Origin: Intoshia linei
Lineage: Eukaryota; Animalia; Orthonectida
NCBI GenBank assembly: GCA_001642005.1
Contig: LWCA01000075.1
Span: 1 to 59,927 of the forward strand
DNA length: 59,927 bases
Reading direction: 5' to 3'
Shown here: positions 23,901-37,000 of the stretch, piece by piece
Position numbering within the stretch: the first letter of the stretch is position 1
How the letters are laid out: each line of letters starts with the position of its first letter
Notes under the pieces: model-generated
The model's database searches: none
Told to the model about the DNA's origin: nothing
The model's input: the letters and a program-made list of their open reading frames with translations, nothing else
Made by a program: the position numbers and the translations under genes

Positions 23901-26329
23901 GGTGCCAATAATGGCGAAAACAAGAATGGTACCAATATTTTGAAAATAATCGCCCTTGTGTAGACTGTAACCAGATTCAAAAATAATTGGAGGCAACAAA
24001 ACAACGAAAAATGTGGTTGGTGGGAAATGTTCATCAGCCTATATTAAAAATTAAAATATATAAAGCAATGTAAAGTGTATCCTGTAAAATTTACAGGGGT
24101 CGTCGATCAATTGCGTCTCGTAAGCCACTTTTGTTTATCAAAATTTTATACGGGCCCCGTTTTTGAAAATTTACACCCTATAAATTTCAATTTTAACTAA
24201 AGATAAGCGATTCTAGTAAATTCAACAAAATAATATCCAGCACGATCTGAATTTAGAGCTAAAATAATTATAATGAGCCAATTATGGTAAAAAAGTGTTT
24301 AAAAGTTGAAAAATAAATACTTTACATATTTACTCAAAGGGCACTAAAATTATTCTGTAGGCCACGTTTGGCCAGCGGGCCACTGGTTGTCGACCCCTGC
24401 TGTAAATAAAAGTTTTGTAAAAAAGAAATTGAATAAATTTTCATGAAACAACTTTTTCAATTATACCTTGTACTAAAAATTGGCCTAATAATAATTAAAG
24501 ATTATAATCTTTTTCACTTAGAATAAAATTTCAATATAACAACAAAATAAATTGACAAGTTTACAATATAACAATGTAATTACTCTCCAATCGACGATAT
24601 CATACACAGAAAGCAATTTCACAATACCACCAAATATAGCACCTTAAATGTAAATAAATTATTATTAAATTGTCATTAAAATTAATTATATTCTCTTTAA
24701 ATTAATAAAAATACAAACGGTACGTAGTAGTTTTTGTGAATGAGAACTTTGACTAAAAAAAAAACGAAAAAATTGTAAAGAGTTTATAAATTTTTTAAGA
24801 AATTTTGATTAGAGCCGCATTTTTTCCGAATTTTTTTTCAACAAAATTCGAACAAATTTTCAAAAGGTTTTTAGAATTATTTTTTCAGTAGATTTCTAAC
24901 TGTAGCTTTTTAATAAAATGTTAAAAAATGGCTATTAAAAGAATTTTAGGGCTATTCTTGAAAAAAATTTAAAATTGTAGCTTGTTAGGGGATTTAGAGG
25001 GTCGTTTTTTGTTAAAAAAAATTAGGTGAAGGCTATTAATGATTATTTTTATTTATAAATTTTAATTTGTTAATTTTAGGGTTTATATTCAAGTTTTAAG
25101 AGGGGTATATTTACGATAATTTTAGTTTTAATAAATTTAAAATTATGGATTTTAAGTTTTTTAAATTAAATTTTAAGGTCATTTTTTAACCATCTTTACA
25201 TATTTCCGAAGAGCTACTGGTTCACAGACCCGTTTTTTGAAATAACTGTATTATAACTCAACTATAAACCATTTTTATCTTGCTGATCGCTAAAATGGTA
25301 AATAGACATCTTTTAATATCAGACGATATAAATCTCGTAATAATTAACTATAAACATTACAATGAATTTTAAAAAATTATTTTAAATAATATAATATTTA
25401 TATATTTACACTAGCTTGACTGTTTTGTACTACGTACAAACAGCACCTAGCTCTGCCAAGGGTACATTTTTATTATACCAAAAAAATAAATTCATGTTGA
25501 TGTTCATGTTCCAAATGAAATTGTGGGCTGTTTTCATTAAAAAAAGAAGGGTAATTTGGGGTTTTAGCCCTGAAGATATAATTTTTTTAAATTTAAATTT
25601 ATGGTAATGTTTATGATTTTAAAATCCGCATCAGCGTATATATTTTTTTAAATTCTCCAACTCGTTTGATTTTCAAAATGAGGGACAACTGAGGTTTTTG
25701 ATCCGTAAGATGTGAAATTGGGAGGTTGAAATTTTCTTAATATACGTCCTGAAAAAAACTGTAATTAAAATGTGGTCTTTAAAAAATTCTAAGACGGGTC
25801 GTTATTTAAATAAAGCTGAACACACACACAAACAAACAAAAATCGCGTAGCCTTTTATATAAGTTAGGATTATTTATCATTCATGTAAAAAATTACCAAT
25901 AATAATAATAACTATACTCTCAGGTATAAAATTGATATTTTTTGTAATCATAACATGAATAATAAGTATGCAACCAGCTAAAAACAAAATATAAAACGAA
26001 AAAATTAAAAAAAAAACTTACTTATAATAAACAAAATAATAAAAATGGATAAACTAGCATGTTCCTCATTAGACTTTTCAGCGTCAGTAATTTCTTCAGC
26101 CTCAATCTCTCTAAAACACTTAATAAAAAATCATACAAATCAATTACTTTGATTTATTTGGCTTATCATTAATTTCTTTTAATTCTGCAATGTTGGTAAT
26201 GGTTGTATTTGCTGTAACAGGGAATTTTTGACAAGTTATAAGAGTAGAGTATATAAAAATAAGAAAAATGATACTGACTGTCCATTTTAAACTTAACGTA
26301 CATTTTATCTCATTATTGACAAAAAACAT
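20974..26329 (-). CDS. SLC9A8: Na+/H+ exchanger NHE8-like (CPA1 family)
   Basis: Spliced motifs [92 protein letters not shown]; hydrophobic signal-like N-terminus; short NHE8-type tail EMVRWTNNW. Confidence 0.92.
24094..24399. mobile_element. hAT Charlie-like MITE
   Basis: Imperfect TIR CAGGGGTCG...CGACCCCTG with a GC-rich subterminal region; TSD degenerate. Confidence 0.6.
25411..25869 (-). mobile_element. Complete short non-autonomous Helitron (459 bp)
   Basis: A|TCCTAACTTATATAA 5' end, hairpin plus CTAG|T 3' end, no TSD. Confidence 0.85.
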
Positions 26330-26511
26330 TTTAATTTTCTACAATTTTGTAAAGTTGTTACATTTACGAATCGATAAAACTTAATGCTAAGCAAATTGAC
26401 GTGTAATCAAATCTTGTTAGTAATTATGGCGAAAACTTTATTAAACAGTAAATTTGATTTTTTCATATCAATCTATCAATATGAAATTTTAATTGTCTAT
26501 ATATTTTGGAA
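26330..26511. promoter_or_regulatory. Putative bidirectional promoter of NHE8 and RRP8
   Basis: 182 bp between divergent ATGs; CRE/ATF-like TGACGTG near 26397. Confidence 0.55.
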
Positions 26512-27661
26512 ATGGACGATATACCCGAAATTTTAAAAAGTACAATTAAAAAACGTAGGATTAGAAAGGTTTTTTCTATTTTAAAATTATTATTATTTGA
26601 ATAGATAACTATCGTTGATAGAGATGGTTGTAAATTTCAATAAATACATGTTGTGTGACACAACTTGTGTCAAGAGTTTACGTATAATGTGTTTAAATTG
26701 ATGAAAATATATTTTATTTATTAATGAATTTAGAATAAAGTCATAAACAAAAAAAATGACGGAATTAGAAATAAATGGGGAAAAAAAAATATAACTAAAA
26801 ATTCTGGATCATTTAGAATGCTGAATGAAATGCTGTACTGTGAAAGTTCCAAAAAATCATTAAAATTTTTAAAAAAATATCCAGATTTGTTTCAAGTATA
26901 TCATGATGAATTTACAAACCAAACTAAAAATTGGCCGGTTCATCCACTCAATCAAATTATTGAAGATGTTGAAATTATGTATGTTTAATTGCATTCCAGA
27001 TGTGATTCAGGTGCGTCTTATGAAGATTTACCAAAATAAAAATTATTTCAACTTTTATCTATTTTTTTCAAAATTATTTTAATTTAAATCACCTGGACAC
27101 TGCTGTGAATCTGATTTTTTTCAATTTTGACTCATTATATTTACTCTAGCTTAAAAAATGGAATGGTTATTGCTGATATGGGTTGTGGAGATGCCAAACT
27201 CTCCCTAAAATTTAGTAACATTGCAAAAGTACATTCATTTGATTTAATTCCAATCAACAATAGAGTCACTGCATGCGATATTTCAAAGGTAGTTTCTTTA
27301 TTATTTTTCATTAATTCCGTTTCAGACACCTTTAAAAAACGATTCTGTGGATGTAGTAGTGTTTTGTTTAAGTTTAATGAGCAAAAAACCAGAAAATTTT
27401 CTCTTTGAATCTAATAGAATACTTAAAATTGGAGGTAAAATTTTTATTGCTGAAGTAGAGAGTCGTTTACCAAAACTCAAATCAAATAAACCAAATATTA
27501 ATCGATTTATCAATAATATACAAAACTATGGGTTTAAAGAAAACAAAATTTATAGAAACACATTTGATGGTTATTTTGTATACCTTGCATTCACAAAAAT
27601 ATCTAAATCTACTAAAATGGTACCACTTGAATTGACAAATTGTATATATAAAAAAAGATGA
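26512..27661 (+). CDS. RRP8: rRNA methyltransferase RRP8 (nucleomethylin), essentially the catalytic domain only, 4 exons
   Basis: Exons about 26512-26568, 26734-26978, 27150-27288, 27326-27661. Motifs FRMLNEMLY, YH..F..Q.K.WPVHP, IADMGCGDAKL, VHSFDL, DVVVFCLSLM, IAEVESR, CIYKKR*. Confidence 0.93.
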
Positions 27662-27874
27662 TGCAGATTTCATTTTATAATAAAATTTTTTAAACACCAG
27701 CCTTAATACCATGCTTCAACCGAAAATCAAAAATAGGTCCTAAAATTAGTTTTCACAAAGATGTGTAATGTCATATAACCCTACCACGCATGGACTTGAA
27801 AATAAATCTTCGAAAAAGGGTTTGCCAGGGTAAGTTCATTTCTGACATTTGGTACATTTTTATAAAAATTTTAT

Positions 27875-30800
27875 TTATGAATTTAATGTAAAATTTTTCA
27901 AAACATCCATTTGCTCTGCTGGGACACGACATTTACCGATTGCCATTTTTTTCAATACGTTTTCGTGTTTTTGCAATTTTTTACAATTTTCAATTAAATT
28001 AGATACAGTATCTTTCCAATTGGTTAAATCACTTTTTAGTAAATTTGTAATAGTGTACGACAGTGCTCCCATTAAAAATGTCGACGTGCCATGTCGTGTA
28101 AATGGCTTCCATACATTTTGAACTGCCATCAACGTCAAGTCTTTTTGGGTAATTTGTAATTTAAAAATCTACAATTGTTTAGGTTAATAAATATTTAAAT
28201 GGTTAGAAAATATAAACGTAGTAAAATAGTTGAGAAAAATCTTTCACGTTGAATTTGTCAATCTAAAATTGATTTAATTGAGACTGGGTGTTAATTACCA
28301 TGTAACCTTCAATTTTGGAATTTGTAATATTTCGGAGGTTGTGTTCGTTTGGGTTGTTAATAAAATTTGATATATAATTTTCCTAGCAGTTTAGTCAAAA
28401 TATTAAATTATATTACATTTTGGAGAACTGAAACAATGCCCATTGATTTGAATTTTTCAATAATCTAAGTTTATATAAGTACATTTTATTTAATCGTAAA
28501 ATTAACCCCAAAAAATCAAAGTGGCCAATGGCTGTATGAAATAAAATTAACTATAAATAGCATGGATTTTCATACAATCTCGTTTTTTAGTAAGTTTAAC
28601 AAATATTACTTATAATGAAGGGAATTATAATTTTTTAAAGTACATTATGTATTTATTACCCCGTCTAAATCTTCATATTGTTTTTCTTGGTCCCCATCGT
28701 CTTCTCTAGACTTGATACATGGTTAAAATATAATACAAACTCAATTTCATTCAAAACATCTAGCATTCCATATTCAATGAATAAACTATTAATTTTTTCG
28801 ATGTATTGCAATCCAAGTTCATTTCCTATAATATGTGTAAATTTAAAGTATTTTTTTTGAAATTTAATGGTCCAGGAAGGACTAGAGTTGCGTATGACAG
28901 TTTATGGCTACACCGAAAAAAATGATTTTGGAGAAAATTTTTGTATCCATTTGGAATCTTTAAAATGGCAAGCATCTCCACAAATTTTAATTTAATTTAA
29001 TGATTTGTTTTCTATTGTCATTTTTCATTAATTACTCAACTTTTTCCGAGCCTGGACTTAATTTTAAAATTTTTCTAACACAAATTGTCACCATAAAAAC
29101 TACCTTTTTCAGTTTTATAGTAGTAAAAAAATATGGCAACATTACCTCAGTGGGTTTCATTGAATTTTAAGTTTTCCAATGGAGTGGAGCAGAATATGGA
29201 TATAATCATCCTTACTTATATAATATGCTACGCAATATTTGTTTGTGTGTGTTATACTTTATTTCAATAACTACCAGTTTTAGAATTTTATAAAGTCTAC
29301 ATTTCAAATAAAGTTTTTCCGGGGGTGTTAGCAAAATAAATTTCAACCTCCCAAAATCACATCTTACATGTCAAAAAGCCCAATTGTCTTTTTTTGAAAA
29401 TCAAACGAATTCGAGAATTTAAAATAATATATACTCTAATATCATAATCATAAATTTAAAATCAAAAAAATATATCTTCAGGGCCAAAACCACAAATTAT
29501 TTTTTTTTAATGAAAACAACACTAGAATTTAAAAAAATTTACAGGTGGTATAGTTGAATCCTGTTAACACACAGAAAATTTCAATCCGAATAAGTGACAA
29601 CTTCACGGTTAAAAAAGTATTCATTTTAGTATTCATATATTTTTTTTCCGAAATAATAAATTTTTTTAATAAATTAAAAAAATGGAATAATTGTTTTTAA
29701 AATTCTTTACGCAAATGTTAACCCAAAAAAATTAAGATGGAGTAATTCACTTTAAAGTAAAAAGTAATGTGATATAAATAGTTCCACCTGAAACAAATTT
29801 GGGAACCACTCCTTTAAAGGATTGATAATAGTGAATAGTAGGATTTTTAAGTTAGATTTTCAACGTGAATTTATTTTTTAAGTATAATAAAAATGTGCTC
29901 TCGGCAGAGCTAGGTCCTGTTTGTACGTAGTATGTAAATTTATTTTTTGGTAGTATAAAAATGTTCCCTCGGTAGAACTAGGCTACGCTTTATTTTTTTG
30001 TTAGAATAAAAATGTGCCCTCGGCAGAGTTAGGTACTGTTTGTACGTATTACATAACAGTCAACCTAGTTACTTATATAAAGTAATTTAGTTAAAAATCT
30101 ATGTCTGTTTATTTATTTGTCTGTTCTAGCTTATTTACAAAAAAATAAATTAAGAAAGTAAGAGGAGTTAAATTTTAAAAATTCCATATTTCTATTACAA
30201 TTTTTCGAGAGGGATATTTTATCAAAATTTTTAGAATTGAATCCTTCAAAATCAAAAAACCCAATTATCTTTTTTTTAAATTCAAACGATTCATAAAATT
30301 ATGAAAAAGACACAATCTGATGAATATTTTAAAATCATGAAAATTATGATAAATTTTAAAATCTTATATTTTCACGAAAACCCAAACCACAAATTACCCT
30401 TTTTTTTAAAAATGAAAAAAGTAATAAAATTTTATTCAACATAAATTCTGGAATAGTTTTTAAAATCATAATCATCATCATAAATGACAACCTCAAAAAA
30501 GTGTATTTTCACCATCAAAATCCTAGATTACCTTTTTTTTAAAAAATGAAAACAGCCTTAGAATTTAAAAAAAAATTACAGATAGTCATATCCAGTTAAC
30601 ACTCAAAAAATTTAAATCTGATAAAGTCACGCCTCATGGTTAAAATTTTGTTATTTTGAAACTATTTTATAAACACTTGTAATTATAAAATAAAAAATTT
30701 GAAATAATTAACGGTCCAAAAATTAAAAAAAAAAAATTATTCTGATGCAACCTATTCCAGTTGATATACAAACAAGTAGAATCTCCATGTTTACATTGCC

Positions 30801-32336
30801 GATATAAATAATTGATTAAAAGAAGTTAAAAAAAAAGTCTACAGGTCTCTGGTAAAGCAAGTATGGGTCAAATTTAATTCAATTTTTTGGTAGAATTGTA
30901 TAAAGCGGCCCTCGGTACTATTTATACGAAGTACATACCGTATAAAATAATAAAATAAAATTACCACTAATACAAAAATTTTGTAATTTTTTACAATTCA
31001 CGACAGCACAACTAACACAATATCCATGATATGATCCAATTTCATTAAAAGATATGTCGACAAACTAAAAATGTGTCCATTTTAAGGGTACGTAATATTA
31101 GTTGCCACCACACTTAACTTGCGAACCGCAGATTTCGGGATTTTTTGGCATTTTAAAAAAAGGTCCATAACTCTAAAGCTTTTTGAAAAAAAATACAATG
31201 CAGTTCTCAAGTTTCACGGATCAAACGATGACTAAATGAACATACTTGTAAATTTGGTGATTTTAGGAAAAATATAGCTCGACTAATATAGTCGATGCCT
31301 TCATTTTTTAATAGACAAGATGATAAATTTAAATGTTTTAGGAATATCAAATAACGCAAACCCTAAATTGAATATTTATAATAAAAATTACATAAAGATA
31401 AGTGTATTCATAGAATACACTATATAAGTATTATATTATTAATTTAACAGTGTTTTAATGAAATTTTAAAAAAGTGAAAAAAATGTAATAACCTTGCTAA
31501 GACTTATTGCTCCTTCTAAACCTATTGTATTGTCACTAAGATCTAGATGAGTCACTTGGTTTAAATTTTCCAAACATTTGCCAAAACTGATAATACCCGG
31601 TGTATATATACCATTTTGAATAATTTCAATACATTTAATATGTTTTAATTTCTAAAAAAATAATAATAATTTTTTTAAGTGACAACTCAAAAATGAAGAA
31701 AAAATCACCGAAAAGAAAGTGCTAAGATTAGAACAGCCTTCATTTTCTAATCTACCTCGTCCACATATAAATGTAGTCAATTTCAATTCTACACCAATTG
31801 CTTTAGACAAATTGTACAAATTTTCTAAACATTCAGCTAAAATCTAAAAACATACAATACACATTGAAATTGAAATAAATTTGATAAAAAATTACTTTTC
31901 CACCCAATGGACCCAATCCACAATTATGAACTTTTAAAATTTTGAGAGAAAGACAAGATTTGGATCCAAGAAACTTTTTAATTGCTGCAACACCATTTTG
32001 CGCTAGTGCATTATCGCTAATATTAAATTCTTTGATGTGATAATCGCCTACAGAGAAATTTTCCAATAAACACTCTAATGTTGGCGGGATTTCTTGTTTT
32101 AGTCTACCAGTAAACATGTCACTGAAATTTAAATATCTAATTTTTCTTGTTCTAATAAAAATTTTTGAAATTATTTTGGCTGCATCTAATCCAATTGTTG
32201 ATCCCTGAAAACTTATAGAGTGTAATTTTTCTAAATTGCAATTTGATAATGCACTGTACAAATTTTCGCCTTCTTCTTTAGTTACGCATGATAATCCAGA
32301 AATGAGGGATATGGAATTTTTTTTTACGTTGATCAT
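27875..32336 (-). CDS. RANGAP1: Ran GTPase-activating protein 1 (LRR domain, short acidic linker, C-terminal SUMO/Ubc9-binding domain)
   Basis: SDMFTGRLKQEIP, ISDNALAQNG, NCGLGPLGG, GRGRLENEG, DLSDNTI, DISFNEI, GNELG. A phase-0 exon chain from 28464 to 27875 continues the frame with ISNFINNPNEHNL and LLKSD. The C-terminal joining is less certain than the LRR part. Confidence 0.88.
29209..30068 (+). mobile_element. Complete non-autonomous Helitron with a triplicated 3' subterminal module
   Basis: A|TCCTTACTTATATAA...CAACCTAG|T; three copies of aaaaatgt.c.ctcgg.aga.ctagg at about 29890, 29957 and 30008. Confidence 0.87.
30069..30940 (+). mobile_element. Second Helitron, head-to-tail with the previous one
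   Basis: Starts ttacttatataaagtaa immediately after CTAG; body shared with the 32521 and 56087 copies; decayed 3' end ccctcggtactatttatacgaagtacata. Confidence 0.72.
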
Positions 32337-32520
32337 TTTAATAAATTTAAATTTAATTCAACTTTATTCAATCTTTTAAATTACATTTTGTTACATCTTA
32401 GCAGTGGCGTAGCGTGATTTTTTTAGCAGGGTGTGCGGAAGTGGTTACCTTGGTTGTCTAATATTTTAAAAATAAAATTATTTGCTTTTTGTATCTACTA
32501 TGAATAGTTCCTAGTAGGAC

Positions 32521-33215
32521 TCCCTATTATATAAAGTAAAATGGTTAAAAATGTATGTCTGTTTATTTATTTATTTGTTCCAGTTTATTTAAGATTGTAA
32601 GGGGAGTCGAGTTTTACAAATTCCATATTCTTATAACTGTTTTCCAGAGTGTTGTTTTATCGCTAATTTCAAATTCACAAATTGAGTCCTTTAAGGTTAA
32701 AAACCCTAATTTTCTTTTATTTAAATCAAACCTGTAATATTGGTTAAGATATAAAGAGGGTTTATCAGAATTTAATATGAAAATACACTTTAAGAGTGAA
32801 AGTAATTGTAGAAATGAACAGTTGTTAACTATACAAGTTTAATATAAACAGGTTTATTACAAAACCCGTCCTAGAATTATAAAAATTACACATTCTAATG
32901 AAAAGTTTTAAATTCATCAATATTATGATAATTTTCAATTTTAAAATCTTATATCTTCTCTGCCAAACCCCAAATTACCATTTTTTGTAAAAATTAAGAG
33001 TTTTATAATTTTATACAACATACATTCTGAAATGGTTTTTAAATTCATAAGCATTATCATAAATGGTAATCTCAAAAAATGTAATGTTTATGTTCAAAAA
33101 CACAGATTACCTTTTTTTTAAAAATGAAAAGAGCCCTAGAAATTAAAAAAAGATATCGATGACATAGTTATATCCAGTTAACACACTCAAAACATTTCAA
33201 TCTGATTAAATGGCG
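32521..33215 (+). mobile_element. Helitron 5' half upstream of RanGAP1
   Basis: TCCCTATTATATAAAGTAAAATGG start, colinear with the reverse complement of 56087 to about 55550. Confidence 0.75.
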
Positions 33216-34027
33216 TAAAATAGGATGGTAGAACGTGTTATCAACCCAATGAAATTTTTGTATAAGAATATAATATATATTTATATTTTATTTCGAAAGT
33301 TTCCAGTCACATGCTAACGGTGTCCAGAATTGATTGTGAAATATGTGAATACCAAATATTGCTATAATTATCACTTTATTATTAAACCAGCATAACGGTC
33401 ATTTTGACCATTAAAAGATTTATTTATTTACTCTATTTGCATTTTATTGTTTATTTTCGGACAAACAAAGGTAGAGCCGGTGGGAACACTCAAATCACCA
33501 TTTTTGTTAAGTACTTAATTTATACGTTGTAATTTTTATTTTATGTAATTGAGCCAATCCAGTATTGATCTATTGACCATACAGGTAAATTAAAAATTAA
33601 ATATATTCAAACGAACGGGTAGTGGCATAAAAATATTGTAGAATTAAACCATCATAATTTTAAATTTATTCTGTATAAAAATAATTTTCAATATTGCTGA
33701 AAAATGAAATTATTGAGATGAATGGTAGAATGTTGGCCAACTGTTAAAGGTTAAAAGTATGTTGTTTTAAAAGCACGTTTAATTTACACATGTTTATTGA
33801 CATTTAATTTATTTGTTTAAAATTCTATCTGTCGAATTTTAACTCGGGTGATACTTCATAAATAGTTAACATTAACGGTTCGAATCATTTAAATCTGCTA
33901 TAATCTGTGAAAGATGATTTAAACACGACCTCACAATCAAATACCAAAGTCAAACATTAAATACACATCAACTATATAACACGTTTATTAATAACACTAA
34001 ATATAATTCATTGGCCAATAAATCACA

Positions 34028-37000
34028 ATGTCAAGTGATAGTTCAAAATTATCAAGCTTTCAGAACCATTCTGAAAAAAGCAAAATGAAATCTCTTCTCA
34101 GTGATAAATCCACCTTTTATGATCAATCCGTTGCTTCAAATGATTCCAATTCAGAACATACCAAAGCAACGTGTTCAGAACAGTCGCATCAAGTTAATGC
34201 TTTTACAGGTTTTATTAATTATATTATTTGTTAAAATACATACATTAATTTCATTTAGACATTTATCAAGATACTCATGAAATATTGGGACAAGGCGCCT
34301 TTGGCGCAGTAAAATGTTATTTAAATACTAAAGACAAAAACGAATATGCTGTGAAAACTGCTTCTCTTTCCGAGTATGAAGCATCCAATTCTCTTTACAA
34401 TGAAATTCAAATTGCATACATTTGTCGAAATCATAATAATACTCTCAGAATCCATGGAGCATTTATGGATGATACAAAGTAAGAAAATTATTTTTTAAAT
34501 TATATACTTGACAATAAAACGGGTCTTAGAAAATAAGTGGTGTAGTCGTATGGTCAAAGGCATTTGATATTTTGATTGATAACAAATATTTGCAAATTAA
34601 TCAAGATGTTTTTTATTTATAACTGATACTGGAGTGTCTAAAAATGGTTAGATTGAGTATTTTAAAACTTTTACTGTATCAGAATCTGTACAGTTTTATG
34701 TTACTACAAATATACATTAGTACCCTTCTACTCAATTTCCCTTTATTCTATTTTTTCAGTTTTCCAAATGTTAAATTTTCATAATTGACTGTCACAAGTT
34801 TTTTCCAATTGAGGGAACTGCGACCAATGTACAGTGTGGTAAAGAATTATTTACTTATTTATTAATATGCCCGTAACTTTTGACTCAATGAAGATATTTT
34901 AAAATAATGTATATCATTCGAGAATAAAATACTACGTTTGTATTCTTATAACTGTAGTTTTCCCTTTTTCATTCTTAATTGATCACCATTTAATTAATTA
35001 AATTCACAGAAATATTTTATGATAAACAAATATTTACTCATTATTAAAAAGTTTAAATTTGGACATAAAAACTTACTTTAATTATAAATTTTGATTCAAA
35101 TATAATTATGTTCATCCGGCATGGTCAAAAGTACAAGTGATTTCAAACAAGGTATGATAATTAGTTACCACAAAGAGGGTTATTCAGGTCGGAAAATTGC
35201 TAAAAAAATAGGTGTATCCCAAAAAACTGTTAGCAATATAGTCAAAAAATTTAAAGAAACTAGTGCTACTGAAACTTTAAAAAGATCTGGAGGACCCATA
35301 ATAGCTAATTCGACATTATTAAACTATATTGAAACTGAAACTTTAAATAATAGTAGAATTTCTTCTCGAAAGATGTCGAAAAAAGTGGAAGAAAAGTTCA
35401 ATATCAATGTTTCTTATAATTCAGTTAGAAATTATAGAAATAGTTTAGGCATTCATGCATATAAACCCATATCAAGTCAAAAATTGGAACCTAAACATAT
35501 CAATAGTAGAATCATTGAAAGCAAGAAATACGTTTTTATGGCAGAATCTACTATTAAAACAATTATTTTCAGTGATAAGAGCAAATTTAACCTAATACAT
35601 GCTAATGGAAATGTTCAAATATGGAGAAAACCCAATGAAAGTTTTTTTGAAAAAATATGAATTTTACAAAAAACTTTGGAAGTGGTTCATTGATGATTTC
35701 TGGTTGTTTTTCATATGCAGGGATTGGGAAATCCATTTCATTGATAAAAGGATGAATGAAATTGATTACTGTGACATTCTTTCTCGCAACTTATTTGCAT
35801 CAGTAGAAAAAATGGACCTAGACACATACATTTTGCAACGATTTCAAAAACACATTAAAACTTGCAAAACAATTTTTTCAGCACCATGTCATTGAATTAT
35901 TGTCATGGCCCTCGCAATCACCGGATATGAACCCAATTGAAAATCTTTGGTACATTATTAAGTCAAAAATAGCTTGTGCCCAGCCAAATAATTTACAAGT
36001 ACTAAAAACTTTAATAGAAAAGTATTGGTATGAAACAAGCGATGTTATTTGCACAAAGCTTGGATTAAGTTTCAAAAAGAGATCATTAAAACTCTACAAA
36101 GCAAAAGGAAAACATTTTGAGACTTAAAATTGTTAAATAAATTGTTTATTTATTATTTAGTAAATACTTGTTTATCAAAAAAAATTGATGTGAATTTAAT
36201 TAATTAAATGGTGATCAATTAAGAATGAAAAATGGAAAACTGTACTGATAAGAATACGGGTGTAGTATTTTCTTGTTGAATGATATACAATATTTTGAAA
36301 TATCTTCATTCAGTCAAAAGTTATGGGCATATTAATAAATAAGTAAATAATTCTTTACCACACTGTATATTTTAGAAGCCCTCCTTTAAATATTAGTAAT
36401 GCATTTTTTAAAATTTTTTAAAATTTTAAAGTTTCTTTTTTTCTGTAAGGTCTGTTCGTATGAACGAACATTTATGAACTGCTGCAACGGTTTTTGTATA
36501 TAAACTTTTTTATTTTAATATTTTTAATATACACGATTTTTATTATAGACGTTTTCAATTGTTAAAACTATGTAGCTAACTAAAACTATATAGGAGTAGA
36601 AGTAAACAATACTCCTATTGATTGCAAATATACTCCTATCGATTGCAAACATAACCTTATTGCTGAAAACATAGTCTTAACAATTGAAAACGTCCATATG
36701 GAGACATTTTTTCATCATTTCATTACATTGTACATTTTACTACAAAACTATGATAATTTATAGGCCTTTTTTTAAATTTTTTTATTTTGAAACTATACTC
36801 AATACCGCCACTATATTATCATTCTTTTACTATATGGCTCCTATTAATGCATAGTAACCGTATCCATGATATATTCAGTATAACTTAAACTCTCTATACT
36901 GGCATAAATATTGAAATACCGAAATAGTATGTATATAAATTTTACTTTGTTGCAACTTTTTAGTTTCCCTAATTGTGACTAAAAAAAAATTAAAAAATTG

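Noticed and set aside
25416-25607. ORFs at 25416, 32555, 51257, 58021 and 58656
   Set aside because: They lie mostly within Helitron or MITE sequence and show no protein motifs.
34535-34600. tRNA-like 5' half (GTGGTGTAGTCGTATGGTCAAAGGC)
   Set aside because: No T-loop/B-box or acceptor-stem partner; at most a decayed SINE scrap.
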